Notes under the pieces: model-generated
Seen by the model: the letters and a program-made list of their open reading frames with translations, nothing else
Told to the model about the DNA's origin: nothing
The model's database searches: none
Assembly: GCF_964355755.1 (NCBI RefSeq)
Contig: NC_092671.1
Coordinates: forward strand, 11,718,001-11,782,000
DNA length: 64,000 bases
Origin: Antedon mediterranea
Taxonomy: Eukaryota > Animalia > Echinodermata
Direction of reading: 5' to 3'
Translations under genes and position numbers: made by a program
Shown: positions 1 to 14,800 of the stretch, in pieces
How the letters are laid out: each line of letters opens with the position of its first letter
How positions within the stretch are numbered: the first letter of the stretch is position 1

Positions 1-3000
1 AGTTATTTATTTATTATTTTTGTGAACAAAGTTAATAAAACATCAGGCACGAGTGAAGATGTATTTTGCTACTATCTAATGTATTTGTATGATTCTAATA
101 TATTTATTCATAAATTATCATGGGCCAGTATTTTAAAGTATTTTGTTATGGAAATAAATATTAATATTGTAGTTTGTATTTGAGTTAATAAATTTTTTTT
201 GTGAACAAAGTTAATGAAATATCAGGCATGAGTGAATTTGTAGTAGTACAGTACAAGACTAATTGAATGTCAAATGGCTTAAGTGGAGCAGAGTACCCAG
301 AGTATTCACAATGTGCAATTACAGATAAAAAGTAAAGTCCTCCTGTACCAAGTCAACAATAGGAATAAACAATACGTAATTATAGGGATCGCCGATTGTG
401 GTTACAGCCTTGACCACATGAGGTAATATTATGCGAAAACGCAATAAAATCTAAACAATTATAGGAAAGAATGGTCAGATATTAAACAATCAGGAATATT
501 AATGTTAAGAACATCTTCACATTTCCAGGGATTAACCAGGGAGGAATCCTCTATGGAATAACAGAGTACATAGTTCTGGACTTAAATCTGTTTGGAATTC
601 AACAAGACCCTTTACAAATTCAACTCAAAATAAAAGAATACGTTTTAAAATAAACATATTTGAGTAAAAAAAACTTCATCCAGATTATCTCAGTCAATTT
701 ATGATAAAAACAATTTCAATAAAAAGTTTAATCTATCAGAAATTATTCAAAAATCTTTTCAAATTTTTCTATAGATATTGTACCAAGGGACTCCAAATTA
801 GATCATGATGGATTATGATATAACAACCATAAACAATAAATGCCTAAAATAGCATTACATTTTATGTTCAGGCAATTTCAAAATTGATTCTTTTTGACAT
901 GACTAAGCATCAAGATATTTTTACTTGATCTTATAATACAAGAAATAAAATTTAAACAGGTTCTGAAGGATTTATTTTTATTCTAACTGTAAGATGTTTG
1001 AAAGGTTTTAATAAAGCCTTGAAAATCTTGTTTCAAATAGCTAAAAATCAAAAGGCTGCAAACTACTGTAACCATAGTGTTTTCCGTTTTACAAATTAAT
1101 ATTGTAGCGCCGCCGACATTAACATATTGTCTTTGATTAATTACAATCGTCATTGTGCCAGAGAAAAGAAATGTTAAACACAACAAATAAAGAAAAATAT
1201 CACTTTCATTCAAAGTGTTAATATTGAGTAACTTTCGGGAATGCGACTACAAAACGATATTAAATCAATCAATTCACAGCAGTAATAGGAATACTGAAAC
1301 ACTACAAATTATTACATAATACATGGATCTGTTGAAAGAAATAGAGTAAATTAAGTTATAAAAATCTTCAACTAGGAATCTGGTTTTGTCAATTATGTGT
1401 GGAAACAAATACAGACAAATCTGAACTTTAGGCAATAAGTGGAAAAATATGAAAATATGTTTTATTAAGTTATAGCAGCATCGGTAACATTCATCCAACA
1501 AGCGTTTTTACAATGACACATATAATCAAAATAAATAAAAAGAAATATAAAGGAATTACAGCACATTTGTATACTACTGTACTGTAGGTTCAAAAGTCAT
1601 TATGGAAAAATTGTTCTATCACGGTTGCTTAGTTTCTGACAAGTTAAAAGGCCTAAAATACAGTAAAACTTTTAAAATGTTTACGGAAGTAGTTTAAAAT
1701 GTCTATCAAAAAGACAAATAGATTATTTTGTATTTAAAGCATTCACAGTTTTCTAAGATATCTGTATGAAGTAAAACACAATTAGGCCACAAATGCAATT
1801 TTCTAAAAGAACAAAAGACTTGCCATGAAAGATCAATCTCGCCAACAATAGATCACAAGGCAGTGTGAATCTTCAGTAACAAACATTACTAATCAGGTTT
1901 TTAGAAATTCTCTCTATTGAAATTTTATCTCAAGATTTTAGTGAATTGGAAAGAAAGAAAGTTTATTTTATTTTTATACAGATTTCAGGTTTAATGTTCC
2001 ATGAAATGTATTTGATGAATACACAAAAGTCAACATGCTCTGATGGCATGATAAAATAGGCTCCTTTTCTTTGAGAATACAGAATATTTTAACCATAAAA
2101 AAAATCTCTACCATTAAGAAAGCAATCAACCTTTTGATCTTTTAGATGTGTGAGTTATATAATCGTAAGCCATGGGCTGTAAATAATGGTATCCACTGAA
2201 TAAAACTGTATTAGCAGTACTATAAAAAGTAGTTTTATTGTGCTACAGTATGTAATGGGTATGGAGATAGATATGTGGTGATACAGACTGGGTTGAGAAT
2301 GCTAAGAATTTGCAGTAATCATTATTTGCAAAAATTGACTGCATCTTGAACTTGTGTGAGGATCTCACACCCACAGAAATATTGTGACACCAAAACTATT
2401 TCCTGGTTCTTGGATTTAACACATGGTCCTAGAAAATTTTAAATTTAAATATTTAAATCTAGGCAATAATTAATATCTCAACAATATGAATTGAGTGAAT
2501 GATAGTATTTTTGAATGTGAATCTTCTTTTTTTAAATGTCTAGGTCAAATAAAAAAAAAGCTTCATGTTCCCACTATCATCACGTTTTGGAGCTGCCTGC
2601 TGCTGTATTTTCAATATTCATTAAATGCAAAATTAAAAAACCCTTAAATTCTCCATCGAAAAATTGCATGATCATGATCCTGTGAATCAATCTGAACGAG
2701 AAACTAAAAATTCTTTATATCTGGCTTAATTATGACAGCTAAAAAAAATGCTTTATGACTTGGCCTTTCTCATCAAGTTAAATATATCAAACATAAAATC
2801 ACAATTTTCATGAATTAAAGAAATAATTTTACAAAATAAATCATGTCTTGAACACAGATTAAAAACATGATCACCTGTCGCAATGACATGCCAAACTGAA
2901 TGTGACTGACTAAGGAATAAATATTTACTCAACTATGAGTATGTATCCCAATGGGAAGTGCCTGATGTGTAATGTTCGAACTGCTTTTAATACAGTTATT

Positions 3001-4384
3001 TATACATAGAGATTTATGTAAAGAAAATAAATACAGGACACCTGTTCATGTTTTTTCTTGTTCTTGATGTCATCGGTAGAACTATTGTACATTCATTGTT
3101 GAAGATAATGTGCTGCTACTCACATATAGAGGTGTGTAACTAGGCTAGGGCGTCAGTATTGTAATGTATTGTTATAGAATTGTTTACATTATGTCACCAC
3201 ATCCTAAAGATGAGAAGGTGTTCAAATACATAGTAATTAACAGGGAAAATATAATAATTTTTTTAAGAACACTCAGCCCGATTTTCCGCTTGTTTAAAGG
3301 ATTTTACAGAACATTTTTTGAAAACTACAGTATATTTATAATAATTTATCGTAGCTAATCGGTAACACAACACAGTATTCTCATTAATAATGTGTAGGCC
3401 TACCCTGGATTTAACATCTTCATAAATTTATGAAACGTGCAAAGTTAATTAGCTATGCAACTGACTTTAACTACCTGGCTTTTCTAGGTAAACTTGCATC
3501 TAGGCAATTTAACAATCTATTAACCTACAGTTGTCAATCATAAACAAAACAGACAGGACTATAATTAGTACCTACAAACAGTTCATTAGTTAGGGTGAAA
3601 GTTAATGACAATGAAATTCTATACTTAGTGCTTGAAGTGATATTAAACTATAACAACTATTAATCAAAAAAGAAATATGTTTATAAAAACGTTTGGAAAA
3701 TGTTTAATAAACAACACTATACAAAAACAAATGTTTACACTACATTTTTAGTAGTGTCCATCATAACAATACTACATTATGTGGCAACAACAGTGACCTC
3801 AAGCTCTCAAGTAGCTGGACCATCCATCCTCATCTTGAATGCAGCTCTTTGGCATCCATTTAATATCAACAAAAAACATTAATTCATAATTGATACCCTG
3901 GCATCAAACACATTTATGTGTAGTCCATAGGTTTCTTAATTTGAACCTTCGAATTAGCTTCTATTTAATACAATATTATGTAAAAATAAGATGTTTTAAG
4001 TATATAATTGTGAACAGGTTTTTCCCAGGTACGTTAAATTACAATCTTCTAATCTCCAATGATCGATTACATCAGCCAATTACAAGTTTTTTTTTTTTCA
4101 ATAGTAACATCAAAGTATCATCATTTCCATCTTATATAATTGATCGTGTTCATTAAACCATTTTGGATGGTTAATTTAAAACGTAATGTTCAGGTTGATG
4201 TTATCCAGGTACCATATTATTATCTAGGTAAATGTACATTAAGGCCATGAATCAATAATGTTATGTTAGTATAATATTACTGCACCACTGAAAGATAACT
4301 TTGTTAAATTAAACATTGAAAAGTACATATGTCAATTAACACTGAAATTGTAAGTGCTGTTATCTTCCTAATTTACTGATGTAA

Positions 4385-4622
4385 AGCTTTGTCTACACTA
4401 TGACACTTTATGTGACAAAAAAAATGTTATGTGCCCAAATATAGACATGATGATGTCATATCACTACCATATTTGGGCATATCACTACCATATTTGGGCA
4501 TATCACTACCATATTTGGGCATATCACTACCATATTTGGGCATATCATAGTACCATATTTGAGCATATCACAACCATACTTCAAGGACCATACTAAACTA
4601 ATTTGATAGTGTAGACAGAGCT
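4385..4622. mobile_element. Tourist/Harbinger-like MITE with internal 21-bp tandem repeats
   Basis: TAA|AGCTTTGTCTACACTAT...ATAGTGTAGACAGAGCT|TAA; about 6 units of CATATCACTACCATATTTGGG inside. Confidence 0.85.
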
Positions 4623-5535
4623 TAAGACAGGGTTCAACCTACAACACTACAGTTGAAAGAAAATGAAACAAAACTGGTTGGTAGATTCTAATTTTCTCAA
4701 TTATGACGGATTGAAATAGTAATATGTGGAATTTATAATTAATTTGAAGAGTTAATGCACAAGACAAGAGGCTTTTAGAAATAAACACGGAAACAAACAA
4801 ACATGAAAAGCAATTAAAAACCTCTTCAATTATCGCTGAATAAAAGCATAGATAAAAGAAGAGCTGATATATGTCACCCTGTAGTACCAAAAACAAATTG
4901 ATGTTATAATTGCAGTTTTCTGTTTAAATTCACAATGTGATTTCCCATAAGTGACATTATTTTACTCGCATCCTGAAACTGGATGCTTGGAAGCATTGAG
5001 TTACTTACAACATGAAGAAATTACTAGCGTTCACCAATTACTAGATTTTAATTATGAATATATAGGCCTAAGTAAAGAATTCAAAGGATTTTAATCATGT
5101 TTGGAGTAAGCCAGCTAGGGATATTAAACCTAAACATCCTTTTTATATTTGTTATCTTTATTCATAAACTTCATTGATCAAATTTGTACACATGAAAAAC
5201 TAGAAATTTTGTTTAGTTAATTTCATTGTTGATTTCACCAAAAAAATGCACAAAAAAGTGCAGTGATCATGTGATCATGTGAAGGACACCTCTGGGTCTG
5301 CACATGATACAAGTATTGTACAAATGCCTTATTTATATCTGAAAAAAAATTGTACACAAATGTTGGCAACAGTTTGAGTCTAGTGAATAATGCAGGCATT
5401 ATTAAAAATATTACAAAGATTACGCTTTATAATATGATGAAAAATGAGTTGCCATAATGAAGAATAAGAACAGAATCAGGCTTCAATCATGCAAAGTAAT
5501 GTACACGAATTTGGAACACACAATATATTAACTAT

Positions 5536-6085
5536 AATATAATGATGATTGATGAAAAAACTACATTCAAATTCCTGTCGAGACGTCGATAATCGTAAAA
5601 CCGAACATCACGGTTGGTAGAAATTCTCGACGCAAATAATCACATAATAATAATCAGTGGTATAAAGTTTTAAATATAATGCTGATTGATGAAAAAACTA
5701 CATTCAAATTCCTGTCGAGACGTTGTCGATAATCGTAAAACCGAACATAACGGTTGGTAGAAATTCTCGACGCAAATAATCACATAATAATAAAATCAGT
5801 GGTATAAAGTTTTAAATATAATGGTGATTGATGAACAAACTACATTCATATTCCTGTCGAGACGTTGTCGATAATCATAAAACCGAACATCACGGTTGGT
5901 AGAAATTCTCGACGCAAATAATCACATAATAATAATCAGTGGTATAGAGTTTTAAATATAATGCTGATTGATGAACAAACTACATTCATATTCCTGTCAA
6001 GACATCAACGATTTAAAACGTGAACATTATAACAGTTGAGGAAATTCGCAATTTGAATTACTACAGAATAATCAGTGGTATTAAA
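5536..6085. repeat. ~140-bp tandem repeat, 4 copies (last diverged)
   Basis: GATTGATGAA(A/C)AAACTACATTC recurs at 5547, 5684, 5826 and 5966. Confidence 0.9.
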
Positions 6086-9000
6086 ATTCTCAAGATATGT
6101 GGCAAGATATAAAAAATGACTTTAGTTGGCTAAAATGTGATTACAGTGGCAATAACACTTAATTGCTTGACCCTATATACACTTATAATTCTTATAATTG
6201 ATGTTGGTAATCAGTCAATGTCATCGTAAAAATTGTAAAAATATTTCTTGTATTTTTATTAGTATCATTTATCTTAGCAATAGATGTTTTTTCCTCCAAC
6301 TTTCCATTCTTCTCTTTTCTTTACCGGAGTTCTTCAACCAATTTTTTCCTGCAAAAAACTGCTGGAAATTCATGATTATACTACTTAGGAAGATGGCAAG
6401 ATTTTAAGTAAAATAGCGACAACTACGTAAAATGCGAATTTCCTGAAAATTTTATTGTATAAAATTCTAGATAATTAGATATAAAATAAGATTTATTTTT
6501 ATTGATCATAGCTTAGTGTACAACTGTAACCTTAAACCAATCAGTAATAAAAAAGTAAGTACTCTGTAAAGCATTATAAATCATTACTATTTAGCATCTT
6601 AAAGTGGTACTGTACAGTTGCGATTGTGATTTGACAGATTCCTAAACTTTAGCATGAATGATCTCAATGTAATGGCTTCAAATCAGAACTCCAAAAAAAT
6701 TGTTCTTAACAATTTAACTTAGCATTTATTATACAAAAAATAAACATCTTTAAAAACTGACTGAACTTCCTTTAACTAGAATAAACATCTAACACATTGG
6801 TATTAAAGTTGAGAAAAATCCAAATAGGATCGTTTGATGTTGAAGCTTGTAAATGTACAACGAAATATTAAAATAGAAAAGCCATAATAAACATAACAAA
6901 TCCATAAAGGCCTTCTAAAAAGAGCTGTAATATCCAGGGGCTTCATGAGAGCTTAACTGATTTCTATATTTATGATCATACAGAGTAATAGACTCATAAT
7001 AACCAAATCATGAACTGGTAATTCTGTATACATATTCTTTTGAAAAAAATATTTGAATATTTGACTTCCTTCTTGAAATTCTGTTATTCTGGTCTTTTTA
7101 ATATGTATATATTCAAGTTCAAGTTGTAGAAAAGATGAAATTGCTACACATCATAAACTGGCGAATAAAAATGAAGTGGTCAAAAACTGAGAGAAATATA
7201 CATGGAAAAATGCACTGAGTGACAGAGGGTGTTCTAATATAATAGTTTGTCCTATGCATTCTCTTATTGCCCTCGCCTCCTCATTTTCTAATACTCTAAT
7301 TCGTTCGTTTTCATTAAAGACTACTAAAATTCGATCAATTTCAATGATTTGATTAATTTAGTTCAGGATATAATACAACACACAAGCTTCAGGTAGAGTA
7401 TTGTATATCACATGTGTTTGTCTTAATTCTATTAAAATGCCTGCAGTTAACATTTCTCTCCAATACTAGAGCAATTTAAAAAGCTTATTAATTACAAATG
7501 CAAGCCCCCTAGAAATCAACAGGCCTCTATATAAACCCCTCCAGCTGTCAACACCTGGGAGAGAACTTTCCACCTTACAATAAATAAACATTGGTGTACA
7601 GCGTTTGATGAACTTGTACTTCCACACGTTCAATGACTAATTGTGTGTAAAGGTAGCAGCTCTTAAATCACGCTTTTACAAATAATCTATCTTTTTAAAA
7701 AAATGATGATTAAAACAGCTGTAAAAATATCTGTCACACATATAGATACATTTTAATCTTTTATTTATAATTCTATGTAATTTGAGATTTAATTACAAAG
7801 AAAAGATTAGAAAGAAGATTATTATAGATTTGTGTATAATAATATTACTGTAATTATTATATTAATTAAAATATGTATGTTGATTTAATACTGTGTACAA
7901 TTCATATTAAAAAATATTTGTTTGTACATCTGTAAGATAACACAGCTATGGATTTAAGCCTTTAAATAGATAGTAACTGTAAATCAGTGGTGGTGGTCTT
8001 ATCAGTAGTTGTAGAAAATGATTGAATAATAATGTAAAAAATGAACAGGTTTTTGTTCCGAGTTAATGTACAGTACAGTACAGAGTCTGACTAGATTGCT
8101 GAATCTGGTAAAATAAGAAAGAGAGCCTGACGGCAACATCTTACAACAATTGGCAAAAAACCAAATTAAGTGTTATTTCAGGAACAAATGTATACCTTAT
8201 GAAAACATAAACACATGCGGTGATTAGGTAGATGGAGAAATATTAGCAATTCTGCAATGAAAATTAGAAAAACAAATTTAAGAAAAAGAGTGAACAATTT
8301 ATTTAGAATTAGAGAAACGAAAACAGCTTTATGAATCTATATTGTCAGATATTTTCTCCATATTCTTCAGTAATTATGACATTGCTCCAATATGATGTCC
8401 TTGACGAACTACCAAACACATCAATTATCAATTAGGACTGTCAAATAAATCACAACAAAAATGACAACGAAGAAAATGGTTGCAATGCATCAATGAGTTT
8501 CATTTAAAAACGCCAACTATTTACATAAAACTTATATAGCCAAGTTGTCTGGCAGATAATTTTGTACAATAAAATGTGATAATTGGAGAAGACTGTTTGT
8601 TATTCAATGGGAAATAACACTAAAAGTATAATTTAAAGGAAGAGAAATTTTGTTAACAGCACTTGCACCAGGAGCCAGGCTAGTATTTGCAGTGTTATAT
8701 TTTATTTACTATACAAAAAATACTAACAAAGACCCCAGTTACGCTTAGGATTTGGGCCGATAAAGTTAGGCCATAAAATTAGGCCGACCCTAGGCCGGAG
8801 GGAGACTTGGACCACTTCTCGAGGTGGGTCCAGGAGCAGCTTTTATGCTTAAGCCGGTTTATGCATTGAACCGTGAACAATGGCTTGAGAAAATGAATTA
8901 AATAAATCCTCCAAATAAATTTGTACCGGATTTTGGAGCAGCCCAAGTGTAAATCCATAAAAGACTATTAATTTATCCACTTTTCCTGTATGCAACAACT

Positions 9001-11645
9001 ATGTATTATATTTCCAACTGCTTCATACAACCAGTTTGCAAACAATATTAAAACATCCTCAGCAAGAACATTCTCAAATACTGTACAGGTGTTCAACTTT
9101 GTGCCAAAGTGCCAAATTTGGTTGAACAAGATGGGCCACATGAGGTTCTGTTGATTAAACATTTATGGGTTTTTGTGTTTAATTACAAAAATGGTAAAAA
9201 TGGTTTAAATGGCCTATTAAGAGCACACTTTCCTGTGAAATGAACAAGGGCCAATCATTTTGTTCTTAATAAAAAGGCCAACACGTATTAAATGAACATT
9301 TTGTTTGGTTCCATAGCTGCAGCTGTCCCCTTAATAGAGGTTCTACTATAATAAACAGAACTGTAGAACATATTAAAAATTGTAGCGAACAAATGTCTAT
9401 TCAAAATCTAATTGGCTTTTACAAATCTAATTGGTCATCCTACATCTTTGTGTAGTCCAAATCTATCAAATGTGAAAACGGCACGCACTGATCCCTCTAT
9501 GTGATTTTAATGACGTGTCTTTAAATTAAAGCACCAAGATAAAAAACATGTTTACTACTGGTGAGTAAAAAAAATGACTCATCAGTTTACAGCTTTAATG
9601 CATAGTATTTTTTAGAATCAAACTTTTATACATTTTTAATGATGTAGCTAAACATGAGTTTACTCTTTTCAGTCTAATAATATTTTACTAGGTGAATTTA
9701 TTCATTTATTTCCACAGCAAAAACGATAGCTGCAAACCATATACTGTACTTATTTATTTGCTATGTTTCATATAAAACAACTAAGTTCTCATTTAAAGTT
9801 AGTAAACGATAACTGAAAAACATATGGTACAATATTCTCAGAATATACTGTACAGGTGTTGAACTTCAAAACGTGCCAAATTTGGTTGAACAGGATGGGC
9901 CACAGGAGGTTCTCTTGAAAATTATTGTGTTGATTCAGTTAAACTGTACTGAAGTTTAAAGCAGTCTTTTTTTTTTAAACTTTGTCATTTAAAATTACTC
10001 AAACTGCTTTAAATACTGTTCCAATTTGTACACATTTTCAGTTATTTAAGGATGTAAAAACATGTTAGAATAACAACAGTAGGATTATGCTGATTTAACA
10101 ATAAATACTAGTTGAATCACTTGGAATTTAACTAATGGTTTATAAATCCTTACATTCAAGTTTTGCAGCTTTCAGGGAGAATATTAAGGAGGACCATATT
10201 TAATGCTGTAAGGTTTGAATAGAGGACTACAATATACAATAACTCAACAATGACAGAACATCATATTTCTTTTATTTAAACCATTTGATAAGCTGTCGAA
10301 AGGAACACTAATAAGCTAAGTTTCAAGCTCTTTTCGCTATTAAAAAGTTGTTTCAATTGCAAAAGACGAAAAATGGCAAAATCAGCACTGTGGTCATGTT
10401 ACAAATGTTGTAAAACCAATATAGATTATCTGATAAAAATACTAGAAACTATTTGCCATTTTTCCAATGACTAGGAAGAGATCACATAAGCACAACATCA
10501 CTTGTATCTGGGATATGTGATTCTGATCAGCTTAACTCAGCTTTTATGTAAGCTCTTCTTAGCTATAATACATAAGAACGAAGCTATTCCAGTAAAACAC
10601 ATCCGAGGTTGACTGTATTATAACAATTGCATCAGCAGAAAATCAAGTGACAAACCAATGAATATTGATAGAAAATCGCATGACTTTAATAGGTTTAGCA
10701 TTATAAAACATTAATCTACACAAACATTTCTGGCATCTTTCTCTGTATGTGTCCTTAGCTTGACCTTTGTATGTTGTTATTAATACATGCTTACCTGGCT
10801 TTACCTGTGAATATGATAATCTATACATACACTTTGAGGTATGCTTTAGGATTATGTCTGGAATGTCACATACTTAAAGCCAGTACTTGGTTTCTGGCAA
10901 TGTGCCTTTTGTTACAGCCTTTGAATATTGATATTACATTACACTATAATAGTAATAATAATGGTTAAATTAATTAGGCCAATTATTTTTTACAATTTAA
11001 AAATAAATATTAGTTATGCTTTAAATCGATTTACAGTATCTTGTTTCTCAGAAGAATAAATATTTTCAATGTTGAATAGTATTAAAGATAATATAAAATG
11101 TACAGACTACTGTACAGTACATACTATAAAATGGTCTACTGGTGACGCAATGAACTATAGTTATTATACATAAACATAATTATGATGTTGGGTGCAGAAG
11201 TTGAATTAATGCTTCAGGGCTATGGCGGTAGTGCATTACTAAAGCACTGTCTATTTCTATAAGTAATAATCTCTAATATAAATGGTAGGATCCGATATGA
11301 CCTATAGTTACGACAGTTAAATACTGTTTCTTCACAATATATCACTAATAATTAATCCTAGTAATTATAAGCTAGCCCAAGTCCACAATACAACTGGAAG
11401 TCTCTAGAACTTAATAGTAAAGTGTGTGGAGAACCCTAGGCTCTATGTGGGAAGTAATGTATTACCATTGTCAGAACAGATCACAGGTCTAATGAAGTGA
11501 ATTACTGTACAGTACAGTACTTCTGGTTCACATTGACAGTCGGCGCTAACAAATCGTATGCGTTTTTAGTGGACTTGGGAGCAATGACGTAAATGCATAC
11601 TGTAATTTTAATTTGACTTCTAGGTCATCGCAAATCGAAATCTCT

Positions 11646-11829
11646 CTGGTATTCAATATCAATGGACTGTATGGTATATGAAAACATCTGAATGCACAAT
11701 ACACAACTTAACTGCCTATCATATACCTATCAAAGTACTGGAAACCTATCACTGGTATTCAATACCAAAAGACTGTATGGTATATGACAACATCTGAATG
11801 CACAATACACAACTAAACTGCCTATCACT
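11646..11829. repeat. ~105-bp tandem duplication
   Basis: CTGGTATTCAATA..GACTGTATGGTATATGA.AACATCTGAATGCACAATACACAACT.AACTGCCTATCA occurs twice. Confidence 0.85.
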
Positions 11830-14800
11830 GTGGAAAACTTCTACAATCTTATACAGTACAGTACATTTGATAGCATAAAGGCAGTTTTACAGTACAGTAC
11901 ACAATATGACTTTGATTCTCCAATGCATAGAGTGGTGCAAGTATCATTGGTTTTTGTTCAATTCTATTCTCTCTATCGTTCATCTATGCTGAATGATGAT
12001 AACCAACTGTCTGATCAGAAACATTTCCTATTGATCAATCTGAAATCCTATACAATTGTTATGGATTTATTTTCAGAAATCAATTACTTTTATACATTTG
12101 CCCGCTGGATACAAGCATTGGATTGCAATATGTGTGCTTTGATCTACACAGCAATGCTTTATTATAAAAAACATTTTTTTGAATTACATTTTTTTTTAAA
12201 AAGTATACATTTTGATTTAAAAGATTTTTTGCCGCTTGACATTGTTATTCTGTGGATACTCATAGTATACAAGTTCATTCCAGTTGGCAAACATTCATTT
12301 TAGTTGTTTGAGACTTAATATTATAAATTCATCTGGACTACAGTACACACATGCTACTGTATGTATGGGTTAATAACTTCACTTATTAATTAACCATATT
12401 AAATAGTAATACATAGTAGTACTTTTAATGAGAAACCAACCAAATGCCCTGGTGGTATAAAATTATAAAGAATGCTATCTTGGGAGTAAACAGGCGAAGT
12501 ACTGTCAATATTCCAAGTCAAAATAGTTATACACCGACATAAAGACTACCAATAGCAAACAACATTACGGTTCATCAAAGTTTGAGCATTTTAAGAATGG
12601 CACATTTACTGTAGTAAGTGTAGTAGTACTCAACTGTATGGCGATCACATTTCAAAGTACCATATTTTTCAAACTAACTAACAACAGAATATATTACTGT
12701 ACTGTTTAAATAGTATAGTGACTTTTGATTTTGTGACAACCTGAACTTGTATTATAAGAGAAACAACCTCTTGCTCATGCGTTATGCTTCCTAAAAAAAA
12801 ATTCTCATCAGTTTGGTGGCCTGATTTGGTGAATTTTGATGAAATCTGTGACAAAATAACCATCAAGGCAAAGAAATCAATGTAGAATTTTAATCATGAA
12901 TATTGGTGTGCAACTGTAAATTAATTGATTTCTACTACCTACTGTATAAATTTGTATTGATTAATCCGCAAGAAATTTCTTGGGTTTTCAAATCATACAG
13001 TACTCATACAACTTTAGAGTGTGAATGTTTGTATAAACTGAAACTTTCATACTTCACACATTAAAATACCATTGCAGATTATCGATTAATATTTTAAATA
13101 TTGCTATATTGAACTTTACATTTTTATCGTCTAATATTTATTGTTAGTAATTTGTTTTACTAAAATAACCAAATATTAGAATATATATTATTATACTGTT
13201 TTACTACAGATCAAAATGTAGAGAAAGATTTATAGCCAAAAATAACTCATGTATATCATCTTGAATTTACACAAGTTATAAAACAATTTCATTCTCAGAA
13301 ATTGGCCTACATTTTTTTTTAAAGAAAATTTACAATAGATTTATGGCACACACAACAAAGTGATAAAATACAGGTACATGACTATTTCACTGTAAAATAA
13401 TAAACTAAATTTATAATGTAAACAGTAAAGAAAGTTTTTATTTAATGATAATTTGCATTTGTACAGAATCATTCCACTAAAAGAATTCCCTATGGCGCTG
13501 TCGTCTTCTCTTCTATTTTTGTGTGCGATTAATTTGTATACAGTTTAAATTTTTACATCATTGGTATTTTTTATTGTGCCAGTCAAATTTACTTTTATTA
13601 TTTTTTACTTGGTGACAGATAAAATTATCTTAATCTATGGGAAAGCTACGAATGCTGTACCGCTGGAATTCTTGAGTTCTTTTCACCATTAACGAAGTAT
13701 TTTTCAATCGTAAGAAAGCACATGCAACAGGTTTACAGGCAATTTACAAACGTATTTTGCTTTCAATCGGTACACATTTGAATGGGTTGCAGGTTCTTCA
13801 TTCCTATGGTATAGTGTAAAGAATAAAGGCGAGTGCAGTGAAGCTCTGTCTTGAAACGTTAAATGCCTTGGGGTCTGTATTTTTAAAGAAAACATGGAAG
13901 TTTCTATCAATCAAAATCTGAATGAATAAATCATTCCTTTCAAGATTAAAAAATCAAAGATTTTAAACACTTTTGTAATCCTCTGAATTTTTGTGTGTTG
14001 CTTCTATTGTTAAGTGTAAAAGAATACTCAGAAATGGGTGTTGAATTTCCCCTCAACGGACATGGAATTTGTAGCACTACAGTACTTCACATACAATCTG
14101 ATTTTAAAACTTATCAAAACAGTACTTTCAACCATTTGGTAACTTTGTTCAAGCGATATACCAAAACAATCTATTCATTACTGTACTGTACCTTGATTTT
14201 ATATTTTATGAATCTACTATTTTTTTTATAAATGATTGATTGTTAAACTAAACTATTGTACGCAGGTTTTCATCTACAGTAAGTACCTGATAGTGAATGT
14301 GTTTCCAGTCACAATCAATGTATCGAGAGAGATCTCAGAGATGATGCTCCTACTGTACTATCTTCAAATCCCATACAAAGTTTTTTATCGTACTGTACAT
14401 GGGATTAATGTTTCAACAATCCATTGAAGGACGAGGCAATAAGAAGGGCACACAGGTCCAAACTCAATGTATATCATATATCATATCATTTATGTTGCGA
14501 TACGAAAGGCAAAAATGAACATCCCGTACCACTTCTTTATCATTTCTCTCTCTTGAAAATAGCTATTTGATATAGATCCTAATGCTACAGTATAGTACAT
14601 GAAAGTTTATTGACCTTTTATCAAATCTTCTGTTCTACCTAGCTAATAAAGTACATCTACCATAGATAGAAATTAATACAACCATCAAATTAACTATTGT
14701 TATGAATAAACTAAACACCTGCCTGTCCGCCTTATGATTCATCCAGAGTTTATTAAGGAAACATCCATTAAATTCCATGATTCATTCCGGAAAGGCTCCA

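Noticed and set aside
250-1560. Possible decayed LINE coding remnant (e.g. FPGINQGGILY)
   Set aside because: Only a vague single motif and no collinear RT motifs.
11830-12303. Longest ORF in the track (157 aa)
   Set aside because: GTG start, AT-driven composition and no recognisable domain.
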